Source: Octopus sinensis
Taxonomy: Eukaryota
NCBI RefSeq assembly: GCF_006345805.1
Contig: NW_021823962.1
Location: forward strand, 1 to 21,100
Length of the DNA stretch: 21,100 nucleotides
Reading direction: 5' to 3'
Shown here: positions 20,879 to 21,100 of the stretch, in pieces
How the letters are laid out: every line of letters begins with the position of its first letter
How positions within the stretch are numbered: position 1 is the first letter of the stretch
Notes under the pieces: model-generated
The model's database searches: none
What the model was told of the DNA's origin: nothing
What the model saw: only the letters and a program-made list of their open reading frames with translations
Position numbers and translations under genes: made by a program

Positions 20879-21100
20879 ACCGCCACCAACCTCATCGTCC
20901 GCACACCTCGCACCTCCACCATCTACTTCCTTCCCAAGATCCATAAACCCTCTAATCCTGGCCGTCCCATAGTCTCTGCCTGTAATTGCCCCACTGAACT
21001 CATCTCCCTATACTCGACCGCATCCTGTCCCCCTTAGTCGCAGCCCTCCCATCCCACATACACGACACCAACCACGCCCTCCGTCTCTTCAATTCCTTTT
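20879..21100 (+). pseudogene. Penelope-like element reverse transcriptase, N-terminal part, frameshifted, continues past window end
   Basis: TATNLIVRTPRTSTIYFLPKIHKPSNPGRPIVSACNCPTELISLY/DRILSPLVAALPSHIHDTNHALRLFNSF. LPKIHK..PGRPIVS..CPTE is diagnostic for PLE RT. 1-nt deletion at about 21014. 5'-truncated against (TA)n(CA)n. Confidence 0.92.

Overview
AT-rich, repeat-saturated animal genomic DNA. It is most likely intronic or intergenic octopus (coleoid cephalopod) sequence, inferred from recalled tRNA-derived SINE families and the dense (TA)n, (TAGA)n and (ATT)n microsatellites. There is no intact gene, and nearly all ORF-track entries are microsatellite artefacts. Recognisable coding relics are a Penelope-like element (PLE) GIY-YIG endonuclease fragment (5900-6322, -), a PLE reverse transcriptase fragment (20879-21100, +) and an R4/Dong-type restriction-like endonuclease fragment (17145-17497, -). 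Two short host exons are possible. The main finding is a 4.6-copy, ~474-bp tandem array (10588-12788) in which every unit carries a minus-strand type I hammerhead ribozyme with a very long helix II and a palindromic helix III. The array sits in a (TA)n tract and is capped by an 84-bp inverted copy joined inside the ribozyme core. This looks like a non-autonomous, PLE-mobilised retrozyme that could produce circular RNA. Two further, unrelated hammerhead motifs lie at 7524-7587 (-) and 8015-8096 (+, degenerate). The window also holds a ribozyme-less 367-bp satellite, MITEs, Helitron-like elements and many SINEs.
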